Both the position numbers and the translations under genes were made by a program. This document shows, piece after piece, positions 10,232-19,455 of a DNA stretch of 64,000 bases. The notes under the pieces are model-generated. The model was not told where the DNA came from. It was given only the letters and a program-made list of their open reading frames with translations, and did not search any database. Numbering within the stretch: the stretch's first letter is position 1; each line of letters starts with the position of its first letter. The stretch comes from Flammeovirgaceae bacterium (GTDB lineage: Bacteria > Bacteroidota > Bacteroidia > Cytophagales > Cyclobacteriaceae), in NCBI GenBank assembly GCA_023251155.1, contig JAHEZH010000001.1:56694-120693 (forward strand), read 5' to 3'.

Positions 10232-11404
10232 ATGGCCGTATTAACTGAATCAATCGAAACCGGAATAAGCTTTGAAGAAACAGAGAACCAGAAAATGATT
10301 GCACAGATGGTGCACGACTTTGGTAAAAAGGAAATTATTCCCAAAATAATGGAGTGGGACGAAGCTCAGGAGTTTCCTGTTCCGCTCTTTAAAAAGATGG
10401 GGGAACTTGGACTGATGGGTGTTCTGGTTCCGACTGAATATGGCGGCTCTGGCTTTTCGTATTCGGAATATGTAACCGCTATTTCGGAGATCGCCAAAAT
10501 CGATGGATCAATTGGGTTATCTGTGGCTGCTCACAATTCATTATGCACCGGTCATATTCTTCAATTCGGTAACGAGGAGCAGAAGAGCAGGTATTTGCCA
10601 AAGCTGGCCACTGCGGAATGGATTGGTGCCTGGGGCTTAACAGAAGCCAACACCGGATCTGATGCCGGAAACATGAGAACAGTGGCTGTAAAAGACGGCG
10701 ATTATTATGTGTTGAATGGAGCCAAAAATTTCATCACACATGGAAAATCAGGAAATGTGGCGGTTATCATTGCGCGTACGGGCGAAATCGGAGACTCGCA
10801 CGGTATGTCTGCTTTTATCATCGAAAAAGGAACTCCTGGCTTTCATTCAGGCAAAAAGGAAAATAAACTTGGAATGAGGGCTTCTGAAACCGCCGAATTG
10901 ATTTTCACAGACTGTCGTATTCACAAAAGCCAAATGATGGGTAACGAGGGGGAAGGATTTGTTCAATCATTGAAAGTACTTGATGGAGGAAGAATTTCAA
11001 TTGCTGCGCTGGGATTAGGTATAGCGATGGGCGCCTATGAAGCTGCATTGAAGTATTCAAAAGAACGTCATCAGTTCAACCAGCCCATCTCCTCCTTTCA
11101 AGGTATCTCTTTTAAGCTGGCCGATATGGCTACTAAGATCGAAGCCGCGCGCCTGCTCACTTTCAGAGCTGCTGACTTAAAGAATCAGGGGATGAGTGTC
11201 ACTAAAGCGTCTGCCATGGCCAAACTGTACACTTCTGAGGTGGCGGTAGATGTTGCCAATGAAGCCGTGCAGATTTTTGGGGGGTATGGCTATCTCAAAG
11301 ATTTCCCCGTAGAGAAATATTACCGTGATGCCAAGCTTTGTACCATCGGAGAGGGAACTTCCGAAATACAGAAACTGGTGATTTCCAGGGCTATTTTAAA
11401 ATAA
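10232..11404 (+). CDS. acyl-CoA dehydrogenase (short-chain / butyryl-CoA dehydrogenase-like)
   Basis: 390 aa. Contains ...GAWGLTEANTGSDAG..., ...QIFGGYGY... and ...YRDAKLCTIGEGTSEIQ..., which are canonical ACAD motifs. Confidence 0.92.
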   Translation: MAVLTESIETGISFEETENQKMIAQMVHDFGKKEIIPKIMEWDEAQEFPVPLFKKMGELGLMGVLVPTEYGGSGFSYSEYVTAISEIAKIDGSIGLSVAAHNSLCTGHILQFGNEEQKSRYLPKLATAEWIGAWGLTEANTGSDAGNMRTVAVKDGDYYVLNGAKNFITHGKSGNVAVIIARTGEIGDSHGMSAFIIEKGTPGFHSGKKENKLGMRASETAELIFTDCRIHKSQMMGNEGEGFVQSLKVLDGGRISIAALGLGIAMGAYEAALKYSKERHQFNQPISSFQGISFKLADMATKIEAARLLTFRAADLKNQGMSVTKASAMAKLYTSEVAVDVANEAVQIFGGYGYLKDFPVEKYYRDAKLCTIGEGTSEIQKLVISRAILK

Positions 11405-11407
11405 ATG

Positions 11408-11440
11408 TTTGCAAAATTGGATGGCGTAGCCCTATATTTG
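11408..11440 (+). promoter_or_regulatory. candidate Bacteroidota-type promoter of rpsU (TTTG -33 element, TAnnTTTG -7 element)
   Basis: TTTG at 11408-11411, a 21-nt spacer, then TATATTTG at 11433-11440. This is 22 nt upstream of the rpsU ATG. Confidence 0.4.
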
Positions 11441-11461
11441 CAGCCCTTAACAGATAACAAG

Positions 11462-11656
11462 ATGCTAATCATCAACATCAAAGAGAACGAATCGATTGAT
11501 AAAGCCCTAAAACGCTTCAAAAAGAAGTTCGAGAAGACAGGAGTATTGAAAGAATTGCGTGCGAGAACAGCTTTCGAAAAGCCATCTGTAACCAGAAGAA
11601 CTGAAATTCTCAAGGCAGCTTATCGCCAAAAGCAATTTGCTAAGGAGAATTATTAA
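11462..11656 (+). CDS. rpsU: 30S ribosomal protein S21
   Basis: MLIINIKENESIDKALKRFKKKFEKTGVLKELRARTAFEKPSVTRR... is an unmistakable S21 sequence. The true start is the ATG at 11462, not the 11405 shown in the ORF track. Confidence 0.9.
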   Translation: MLIINIKENESIDKALKRFKKKFEKTGVLKELRARTAFEKPSVTRRTEILKAAYRQKQFAKENY

Positions 11657-11683
11657 CATTTAATAGACATTCCATCCACACTA

Positions 11684-11719
11684 CCCCTTTAAGGATTTCC
11701 TTAGAGGGGTTATTTTTTT
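11684..11719 (+). terminator. rho-independent terminator after rpsU
   Basis: cccctttaagga / tccttagagggg hairpin (one mismatch) followed by ttattttttt. Confidence 0.7.
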
Positions 11720-11752
11720 ATATTGCCTCTATACAATCCGGGGTTTGTGTAG

Positions 11753-12637
11753 ATGGTAGAAGCTTTCCTGAGATACCTTCAATTTGAAAAACGCTATAGT
11801 CTTAAGACAATAGTGTCCTATAAGAATGACCTCGATCAGTTCTCTGAATTCATTCGCTCTTCTTATCCTGATTTTACTGTTGAGACGATTGAATATGGTA
11901 TAGTCCGCTCATGGATAGTAAGCCTTGTGGACGCTGAGCTGGATCCTGTTTCTGTCAACAGAAAAATAGCCTGCCTTCGCTCCTTTTATAAATACCTGCT
12001 TCGTGAGGAAGTGATCATCAAAGATCCGATGACGAAGATCAAGGTATTAAAAACCAAAAAGAAACTACCCCACTTCATTCGGGAAAACGATATCGTTAAT
12101 CTCCTTGATCATAACGATGATTTGAGTCATGATCATCATGGACTACGCGCACGTCTTATTCTTGAATTGCTTTACGGCACCGGCATGCGTTTATCTGAAC
12201 TGATCACATTAAAGGAATCAGCTATCAATTTTCATGATCAGACATTGAAAGTTTTAGGTAAAAGAAACAAAGAAAGAGTTATCCCCTTTTCGAATAATAT
12301 CGTTTCAATAATCAAGGACTATCGCATAGCCCGAAACAGGGAAGTGGAAATGAAGGAGCATGGTTATTTATTAGTTACTGACTCGGGTGAAGCACTCTAT
12401 CCTGTACTGGTTAATCGTATTGTAAAAAAACATCTCCGACACTACACATCAGTCGAGAAAACCAGTCCGCATGTGCTGCGCCACTCTTACGCTACTCATC
12501 TGCTGAACAAAGGGGCAGAGATTAATGCGGTGAAAGATTTACTGGGGCACAGTAGCCTGGCTGCCACCCAGGTATACACGCACAACTCTATGGAGAAGCT
12601 TAAAAAAGTATTTGAACAGGCACATCCTAAAGCCTGA
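11753..12637 (+). CDS. xerC: tyrosine site-specific recombinase, XerC/XerD family
   Basis: 294 aa. N-terminal SAM-like domain (FLRYLQFEKRYSLKTIVSYKNDL), catalytic residues in ...GMRLSEL..., HVLRHSYATHLL and LLGHSSLAATQVYTH. It sits in the rpsU-xerC-hpf context conserved in Bacteroidota. Confidence 0.85.
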   Translation: MVEAFLRYLQFEKRYSLKTIVSYKNDLDQFSEFIRSSYPDFTVETIEYGIVRSWIVSLVDAELDPVSVNRKIACLRSFYKYLLREEVIIKDPMTKIKVLKTKKKLPHFIRENDIVNLLDHNDDLSHDHHGLRARLILELLYGTGMRLSELITLKESAINFHDQTLKVLGKRNKERVIPFSNNIVSIIKDYRIARNREVEMKEHGYLLVTDSGEALYPVLVNRIVKKHLRHYTSVEKTSPHVLRHSYATHLLNKGAEINAVKDLLGHSSLAATQVYTHNSMEKLKKVFEQAHPKA

Positions 12638-12756
12638 AGGCATGATTTTTATACTATGAAACTAACAACACACTATGAAATAAAAATTCTACCAGCCTAC
12701 CGGCAGGCTTAACGTCCGGATTTTGTAATTAATGTTTCATTTAAATTTTTATTGTT

Positions 12757-13059
12757 ATGAAGTTACAAGTTCACTCCATTCACTTCGATGCAGACCGTAA
12801 GCTGATTGATTTTATTCAGAAGAAGGTAGATAAGCTCGAAACTTTTTACGACCGCCTGGTCGATGGAGAGGTTTTTCTTCGACTAAACAACGAAGGTGTT
12901 GAAAACAAAACAGTAGAAATAAAATTAAATGTACCCGGCAACAATCTGTTTGCCAAGGAACAGGCTCGCTCGTTTGAAGTAGCTACCGATATGGCTACGG
13001 AAGCATTGCGAAATCAGATTAAAAAGTTTAAAACTAAAATCAAAAATTCGAGATCATAA
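12757..13059 (+). CDS. hpf: ribosome hibernation promoting factor / ribosome-associated inhibitor (short HPF/RaiA)
   Basis: 100 aa. MKLQVHSIHFDADRKLIDFIQKKVDKLETFYDR... is typical of sigma-54 modulation protein / S30EA family members. Confidence 0.85.
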   Translation: MKLQVHSIHFDADRKLIDFIQKKVDKLETFYDRLVDGEVFLRLNNEGVENKTVEIKLNVPGNNLFAKEQARSFEVATDMATEALRNQIKKFKTKIKNSRS

Positions 13060-13080
13060 TAAATCAGGTTCTGTTAAAAC

Positions 13081-13113
13081 AAAAACTCCCGGTTATGCAA
13101 GCCGGGAGTTTTT
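13081..13113. terminator. bidirectional rho-independent terminator (hpf / response regulator)
   Basis: aaaaactcccgg (13081-13092) and ccgggagttttt (13102-13113) form a perfect 12-bp stem including A/T tracts on both sides. Confidence 0.8.
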
Positions 13114-13116
13114 GTT

Positions 13117-13833
13117 TTATAGAGACATCATGTCCTTAAATTTCGCCGCCTGCCTTCGGCTCACCTCCACTTTGTCTCCTCCTTTGAGTTTCACCATCAG
13201 ACCACCGTTGAACCACGGCTCGATACTTTCCACCCAGCTCAGATTCACAATGTGTTTTCTGCTGGCTCTGAAGAATGCGCGCTCGTCCAGTTTTTCATCC
13301 AGCGCATTCAACGACTTGTGAATCATAGGACGGTTCACATCAAAATAGACTTTGATGTAATTACCATCTGATTCAAACAAACGAATATTGGCAAGGCTCA
13401 CAAACCAGCATCGTTCACCATCTTTTACAAACACCTGATCTTCGAGGCCCAGTTTTTTATCGCGTGCACGACCTGCCTTGGAACGTTCTTTATCCATTAC
13501 CTTATGCACCGCTTCCGACAAGCGCTCTGCAGTAACCGGTTTCAATACATAATCCAATGCATTTACTTCAAAGGCCTTCAGTGCAAACTCGTCGTATGCC
13601 GTGGTAAATACGACCAGAGGAGCAGAGTCTAATGACTCCAGCAATTGAAAGCCCGTACGGCCCGGCATTTGTATATCCAAAAACAAAAGATCCGGGTTCA
13701 ACTCCTCAATCAATTTCTCCGCCTCGTCTGCATTCATTGCTTCACCCACCACTTCGATAGAAGGATGTTCTTCCAGCAATTTCATCAGCTCTTTTCGCGC
13801 CAGGCGCTCATCATCAACAATCAATGCTCTCAT
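13117..13833 (-). CDS. LytR/AlgR-family response regulator (REC + LytTR DNA-binding domain)
   Basis: MRALIVDDERLAR..., phospho-acceptor ...LLFLDIQMPG..., and a C-terminal LytTR pattern (...IRLFESDGNYIKVYF...FFRASRKHIVNL...). Confidence 0.9.
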   Translation of the reverse strand: MRALIVDDERLARKELMKLLEEHPSIEVVGEAMNADEAEKLIEELNPDLLFLDIQMPGRTGFQLLESLDSAPLVVFTTAYDEFALKAFEVNALDYVLKPVTAERLSEAVHKVMDKERSKAGRARDKKLGLEDQVFVKDGERCWFVSLANIRLFESDGNYIKVYFDVNRPMIHKSLNALDEKLDERAFFRASRKHIVNLSWVESIEPWFNGGLMVKLKGGDKVEVSRRQAAKFKDMMSL

Positions 13834-13843
13834 GTGTGGTTAA

Positions 13844-14902
13844 TTAGTACAAGTGAGGAATTATTACTTCAGTCAGGACAAAATTATCATTTTCAGTTAA
13901 TATTCTGAAGGAGGCTTCGTCTCCATAAATCAATCTCAGGCGTTGACGGGTGTTTTCCAAACCCAATCCTCCACCACCGGTCTTACTTCGGTTGCCATTA
14001 AAAATGAACTTACCGCTATTGCGGATATGTATTTTTAAGTGATCATCCGTCACTTTTGTTTTCAGCTGTATGATCCCCCCTTCCGTCAGTTTGGATATAC
14101 CGTGCTTGATCCCGTTTTCAATTAACGTTTGAATCATCAATGGTGGTACCAGGAAGCTGCTTGATTCAGGATCGATATCAAATTCTGTTTGCAAACGTTC
14201 TTCAAAGCGAATGCTTTCAAGACCAAGATAGTCTTTCACTACTTTCAACTCATCATCAAAGCTGGTGAGACCACGCTTCTCTGTCACTAACGAGTTTCTT
14301 AAAATATTGGAAAGCTGATTGATGGCTTGTTTTGATTTGGGTGGATTCTCATCTACCAACGCACGGATACTGTTGAGCGCGTTAAAAATAAAATGCGGAT
14401 TGAGCTGTGACTTAAGATTACTCAACTCAATCTCTTTGATCGATGCTTCCAGCTTCAGCGATTTATTATAGCTCTCGAAATAATTGTAAACAAAATACAT
14501 CACTGACCACAAGAAGAAAATAAGTGAATACGTGATCACGCCACTTATAATTGTTTCAGGTAAAAGGTCAACACCCGGATTGAATCTGCCGAGTGCTATC
14601 GAGACGGGCATGCGAAGGAAAATCAAAACAATCGCCAGCAGAAAAACACCAAATACCACACGGGGAACAATACGAACGAGATTAAGGCTCATCCACTTCC
14701 ATTCCATAATCACATACCGAAATCCCTGTGTGATGAGCAGGCACAGGAGTGCTTCAAAGAGCAGAAACACGACCCGCTGCGGGCGAATGGTTTGTGTGGT
14801 GGATGCCAGTACACTGAATACAATCTGGAAAATGGCGTAGAGCATCCACCCCCCTATCTGCAAGGTCCAGTATAATCGCCTCTTATTCAGCAACTCATTC
14901 AC
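13844..14902 (-). CDS. LytS/YehU-type sensor histidine kinase (membrane)
   Basis: Four or five N-terminal TM helices, then the His_kinase motif LKSQLNPHFIFNALNSI and an HATPase region (...ENGIKHG...GGGLGLENTRQRL). Confidence 0.85.
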   Translation of the reverse strand: MNELLNKRRLYWTLQIGGWMLYAIFQIVFSVLASTTQTIRPQRVVFLLFEALLCLLITQGFRYVIMEWKWMSLNLVRIVPRVVFGVFLLAIVLIFLRMPVSIALGRFNPGVDLLPETIISGVITYSLIFFLWSVMYFVYNYFESYNKSLKLEASIKEIELSNLKSQLNPHFIFNALNSIRALVDENPPKSKQAINQLSNILRNSLVTEKRGLTSFDDELKVVKDYLGLESIRFEERLQTEFDIDPESSSFLVPPLMIQTLIENGIKHGISKLTEGGIIQLKTKVTDDHLKIHIRNSGKFIFNGNRSKTGGGGLGLENTRQRLRLIYGDEASFRILTENDNFVLTEVIIPHLY

Positions 14903-14954
14903 AGCGCAAACTTACTGAAATGAAAAGTGAACTGATTTACTCTTTGATAAACGG

Positions 14955-17807
14955 TCAACTCTGCAGCTCCAGTTTCAGGAATTTTCCGGTGTAGCTGGCG
15001 GGATTATTGGCTACGACCTCGGGAGTACCGAGCGCCACAATACGCCCCCCTTTACCTCCACCTTCCGGACCGAGATCGACAATATGATCGGCTGACTTAA
15101 TTACATCCATGTTGTGTTCAATCACTAAAACGGTATTGCCTTTGTCTACCAGCTTCTGAAGTACATCCAGCAGGTGGGCAATGTCCTGGAAGTGAAGACC
15201 GGTGGTGGGTTCATCCAGAATGTAAAGTGTCTTGCCGGTATCGCGTTTCGATAATTCGGTGGCCAGCTTGACACGCTGTGCTTCACCCCCGGATAAAGTA
15301 GTGGCATGCTGACCCAAGGAAATGTACCCAAGCCCCACTTCATTTAAAGTCTGAATCTTTCTTAAAATCTTTGGCTGGTTTTCAAAAAAAGTCACGGCTT
15401 CTTCTACCGTCATATCCAACACATCTGAAATGGATTTCCCCTTGAAGCGAACTTCTAATGTCTCACGGTTGTAGCGCTTGCCTTTGCATGTTTCACACGG
15501 CACGTAAACATCCGGAAGGAATTCCATTTCAATCAAGCGTAATCCGGCGCCTTCACAGGTTTCACAACGCCCTCCTTTTACATTGAAGGAGAAGCGTCCT
15601 GTTTTATATCCACGAATTTTTGCTTCCGGCATCTGGGCAAACAGATCGCGGATGTCGGTAAATACAGCGGTATAGGTGGCCGGATTGGATCGTGGTGTTC
15701 TTCCAATGGGTGACTGATCGACTTCTATAACTTTATCGATCAGCTTCAGCCCATCCATGTTTTTATAAGTCAATGGCTCCGTACGTGAGTTGAAGAAGTG
15801 CTGATTGAGAATAGGGAATAGCGTTTCATGTATCAGTGTGGATTTACCACTACCCGATACCCCTGTGATACACGTAAACGTTCCTAATGGAATAGTGAGA
15901 TCAACATTCTTTAAATTGTTTCCTTCGGCACCGGTCAGCACCAGACTTTCACCGCTACCCTTTCTTCGTTCTTTCAGTTGTTTTATCCCCAGCTTGCCAC
16001 TGAGGTATTTTGCCGTAGTGCTGTTGATCTTCAAAAATGTTTCCGGATCACCCTGCGCTACTACATTACCTCCGTGCCTTCCTGCACCCGGGCCAATGTC
16101 GATGATGTAGTCCGATTCCAGCATCATGTCTTTATCATGCTCCACCACCACTACGGAATTGCCGAGGTCACGCAGGTCTTTCAGTGCTTTTATCAGCTTC
16201 ACATTGTCGCGCGCATGAAGGCCTATACTGGGCTCATCCAGAATATACAACACCCCCACCAGCTGTGTGCCGATCTGCGTGGCCAACCGAATACGTTGTG
16301 ATTCTCCACCACTCAATGTTCGGATAGAGCGATTCAAATGCAGGTAATCCAGGCCGACATCCAATAAAAACCCGATTCGCTTACGAATCTCTTTCAATAC
16401 TTCCGTAGCAATAACGCGTTGCTTCTCGTTGATGCGGCCCTCCAATCCATCGAACCATTTATTCAACTCTACAATATTGATCTGCGATAGCTCAGCAATA
16501 TTTTTGTTGTCAATTTTGAAGTGCAGCGATTCCTTCTTCAGGCGCAGGCCTGCACACTCAGGGCATACTTTTATGATCGTGAAGTCATCCACCCATTTGC
16601 GTATGGCATCCGAGCCTTCTTCTTTTTGCTTTTGCAGGAAGTTGATAATGCCTTCAAACTTGGTGTTCCAATCGGTGCCCGGATATTTTACAGATGCCAC
16701 CGCTACGGGTTCATCGTCACCATACATGAGCACCTTCAGGGCATCTTTGGGAATATCTTTGACCGGGGTGGTGAGTGTAAGCTTATAGCGTTTCAGTATC
16801 GCTTCTATCTTTTTGAAAATCCAGATGTCGCGGTATTCACCGAGTGGCAGAATACCTCCCCGGCTGATGCTTAATTTTTTATCCGGTATAATTGAATCTT
16901 CGGTGATCTCTTCGATCTGGCCCAGGCCATTGCACGTAGGACAAGCGCCATACGGTGAGTTGAAGGAAAAATTGTTCGGTGCAGGCTCATCGTAAGACAA
17001 TCCCGTTTTCGGATCCATGAGGTATTTGGAGAAGTGATGCACTTTTCCGTTCTCTTCCATGATCATGATTACACCTTTACCTTCCTTCAGTGCTTTGTTG
17101 ACCGACTGGCTTACGCGATGACGATCAGCAGGATCGGGCACAATGCGATCGATGACCATCTCAATATCGTGAATCTTGAAACGATCGAGCTGCATCTTGG
17201 CTGTGATCTCCTGCACATCTCCATCTATGCGTACTTTGGTATAGCCTTGTTTACGTATCTGCACAAACAGCTCGCGGTAGTGACCTTTACGTCCTTTCAC
17301 CACAGGAGCAAGCAGAGTGAGTTTTTTTCCTTTGTACGTGTTGATGATGATGTCGATGATCTGATCTTCGGACTGGCGCACCATGGGCGCACCACTGAGA
17401 TAAGAATAAGCTTCACCTGCACGCGCATACAACAACCGCATGAAGTCGTAAATCTCGGTAACCGTACCTACTGTGGAGCGTGGATTGCGCGAAGTGGTTT
17501 TCTGCTCGATGGAAATTACCGGGCTCAGCCCGTTGATCTTGTCTACATCGGGGCGTTCCAGGTTGCCAAGGAAACTGCGTGCATAGGCAGAAAAGCTTTC
17601 CATGTATCTGCGCTGCCCTTCGGCATAAATGGTATCGAAAGCAAGAGACGATTTTCCACTACCGCTGATGCCTGTGATTACCACCAGCTTGTTTCGTGGA
17701 AAAGAGATACTGATATTTTTAAGGTTGTGCTCACGCGCACCGATTACCTCGATAAAGTCGTGGCCGGTGAGATCAACTGGTTTTTTCTGTGCTGAGGATT
17801 TTGACAT
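14955..17807 (-). CDS. uvrA: excinuclease ABC subunit A
   Basis: Two ABC modules (GISGSGKSSL and GVSGSGKST Walker A; LSGGESQR and LSGGEAQR signatures) and zinc-finger Cys clusters (CPTCNGLG, CPECAG, CETCEGAG). I prefer the ATG at 17807 (MSKSSAQKK...) over 17858. Confidence 0.95.
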   Translation of the reverse strand: MSKSSAQKKPVDLTGHDFIEVIGAREHNLKNISISFPRNKLVVITGISGSGKSSLAFDTIYAEGQRRYMESFSAYARSFLGNLERPDVDKINGLSPVISIEQKTTSRNPRSTVGTVTEIYDFMRLLYARAGEAYSYLSGAPMVRQSEDQIIDIIINTYKGKKLTLLAPVVKGRKGHYRELFVQIRKQGYTKVRIDGDVQEITAKMQLDRFKIHDIEMVIDRIVPDPADRHRVSQSVNKALKEGKGVIMIMEENGKVHHFSKYLMDPKTGLSYDEPAPNNFSFNSPYGACPTCNGLGQIEEITEDSIIPDKKLSISRGGILPLGEYRDIWIFKKIEAILKRYKLTLTTPVKDIPKDALKVLMYGDDEPVAVASVKYPGTDWNTKFEGIINFLQKQKEEGSDAIRKWVDDFTIIKVCPECAGLRLKKESLHFKIDNKNIAELSQINIVELNKWFDGLEGRINEKQRVIATEVLKEIRKRIGFLLDVGLDYLHLNRSIRTLSGGESQRIRLATQIGTQLVGVLYILDEPSIGLHARDNVKLIKALKDLRDLGNSVVVVEHDKDMMLESDYIIDIGPGAGRHGGNVVAQGDPETFLKINSTTAKYLSGKLGIKQLKERRKGSGESLVLTGAEGNNLKNVDLTIPLGTFTCITGVSGSGKSTLIHETLFPILNQHFFNSRTEPLTYKNMDGLKLIDKVIEVDQSPIGRTPRSNPATYTAVFTDIRDLFAQMPEAKIRGYKTGRFSFNVKGGRCETCEGAGLRLIEMEFLPDVYVPCETCKGKRYNRETLEVRFKGKSISDVLDMTVEEAVTFFENQPKILRKIQTLNEVGLGYISLGQHATTLSGGEAQRVKLATELSKRDTGKTLYILDEPTTGLHFQDIAHLLDVLQKLVDKGNTVLVIEHNMDVIKSADHIVDLGPEGGGKGGRIVALGTPEVVANNPASYTGKFLKLELQS

Positions 17808-18186
17808 GAAATCGTTTGGAGACAATACAAAAATGAAGGGAGAATTGTTTCCGCCCAAGATAAATGGAACAATCTACTTTCCGAAATATCAATCCAACTG
17901 ATTGTGAGTCGGGCAGAAATCAAAAATGTTAACCTTTACCCGGGTTGGGGTTAGCCGTAAGGTTAGTGTCAGAGGTACACGATGCTCCCTGGGAGCAGAG
18001 AACAGCTAAAAATCCGTCTTCATGTCTGATATAAAGTACCAGCCATTGACCATGGTGATGGCGCTCCTGGGCAATCATAACATCCCTTTCTACCGTTAGA
18101 AACGATACCTGATCAAATGAGAACGATTATTCGCTGTGGCAATCATATGGCTCTCATCCGGTGTAATTCAATTCTCATTTAAAAAT

Positions 18187-19068
18187 TTACGCCACCTCTT
18201 TCCCTGTGGCCCATTTCAGCATCTCAAACCAATCCTGCCGGTCGAGGGAGATGTCCAGCGCCTTAACACTTTCCACTATGCGTTCCGGTTGGGTTGTTCC
18301 TATCACCGGGAAAATCACGGATGGATGTTTCAGCAGCCAGGCATAAAGCAACTGGCTTTCCGTGGCCGTGTACTTCCGCTTCAGGTGATTTAAGTTTTGA
18401 ATAACCTCTCCCTGCATCTGCTTGCCTCCACCCAGTGGCGACCAGGCCATGGCAGAAGTTTTCAACTGGTACAGATGATCGATACTTCCGTCAAAAAGGG
18501 ATTGATTATTGAAGAGCGAAATTTCAATCTGGTTTGTCACTAAAGGAAAAGGCAAATGACTTTGCAGCAAATCGAATTGCGCTGGCGTAAAATTGGAAAC
18601 CCCAAAGTGAAGTACTTTGCCCTGTTGCTTCAGCTGAATAAATGCATCTCTTACTTCAGCGGCATCCATTAAAGGATCGGGCCGATGAATCAAAAGCAAG
18701 TCCAGGTGATCTGTCCCTAATCGCTGCAATGACGTTTCGGTGGAAGCAATGATGTGCGCCCTTGAGGTATCGTAATGCTTCACGCGATGTTCCGGCTTCT
18801 TCTGCGAAAGCAACTTGATCCCGCACTTGCTTACCAGCTTCATGGACTTGAGCAAGGAGGGATTTTTCTTCAGCATATCACCAAACAGCGCTTCATTGCT
18901 GTAGTCGCCATAGATATCAGCATGATCAAATGTATTGATGCCGTGATCCAAAGCGGTTTTTATGAGCCTTTCCAGTGTATCCGCGGATACGGTATTCCAT
19001 CGCCAGGCACCTGCGATGATTCGTGAAAACACAGGGCCCTGGGGATGGAGTTGACGTTGTTGTGACAT
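18187..19068 (-). CDS. aldo/keto reductase family oxidoreductase (YdhF-like)
   Basis: 293 aa. ...GINTFDHADIYGDY..., ...LDLLLIHRPD..., ...VLHFGVSNF.... Confidence 0.88.
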   Translation of the reverse strand: MSQQRQLHPQGPVFSRIIAGAWRWNTVSADTLERLIKTALDHGINTFDHADIYGDYSNEALFGDMLKKNPSLLKSMKLVSKCGIKLLSQKKPEHRVKHYDTSRAHIIASTETSLQRLGTDHLDLLLIHRPDPLMDAAEVRDAFIQLKQQGKVLHFGVSNFTPAQFDLLQSHLPFPLVTNQIEISLFNNQSLFDGSIDHLYQLKTSAMAWSPLGGGKQMQGEVIQNLNHLKRKYTATESQLLYAWLLKHPSVIFPVIGTTQPERIVESVKALDISLDRQDWFEMLKWATGKEVA

Positions 19069-19077
19069 TAAAACCCA

Positions 19078-19392
19078 TTAAGTGGTTTTGTGCTGGTAGC
19101 ATTTGCCTTCCTTAGTGCTGGTCATTCTCTTGCACTGAGAACCATCGGCTGTTTTGCCCGAGCACTGCACGGTCTTGTCTTTAAAATGCTCTTCCGGCTT
19201 GCATACGCCACAGGCTGTTTTGCTTGCTTTTTTCGCGGCTGCCAGTGTCATGTCTTTGGCATCACCGGAAAGTTTGCAATCAGCCGTATGGTATTTTGTT
19301 CCTTTATCAGAAGCATACACAGTCTGGCTGAATGCCTTGTTGGCAAAGGCGGCAAAGAATAGAAAGAAAGCAATAATGAATAGCTTTTTCAT
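19078..19392 (-). CDS. small secreted Cys-rich protein with two putative metal-binding motifs
   Basis: ATG at 19392 gives the signal peptide MKKLFIIAFFLFFAAFANKAFSQ. The mature part carries KYHTADC...x20...CGVCKP and QCSGKTADGSQCKRMTSTKEGKCYQH. Confidence 0.55.
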   Translation of the reverse strand: MKKLFIIAFFLFFAAFANKAFSQTVYASDKGTKYHTADCKLSGDAKDMTLAAAKKASKTACGVCKPEEHFKDKTVQCSGKTADGSQCKRMTSTKEGKCYQHKTT

Positions 19393-19455
19393 GTTGATGT
19401 GGGTTAATTTCAAAAACGAAATTGGGAGTTTCTTCCTTGAAAAAAAAGCGAAAGC

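Noticed and set aside
11753-12637. Tyrosine recombinase as a possible marker of an integrated mobile element
   Set aside because: It sits in the rpsU-xerC-hpf arrangement that is conserved as a housekeeping context in Bacteroidota. No flanking repeats, cargo genes or composition shift are visible around it.
17034-17795. 253-aa ORF (plus several 60-120-aa ORFs between 15146 and 17901) on the strand opposite uvrA
   Set aside because: They lie entirely inside uvrA, whose ABC and zinc-finger motifs are unmistakable. They have no recognisable motifs and have the low-complexity composition of antisense frames.
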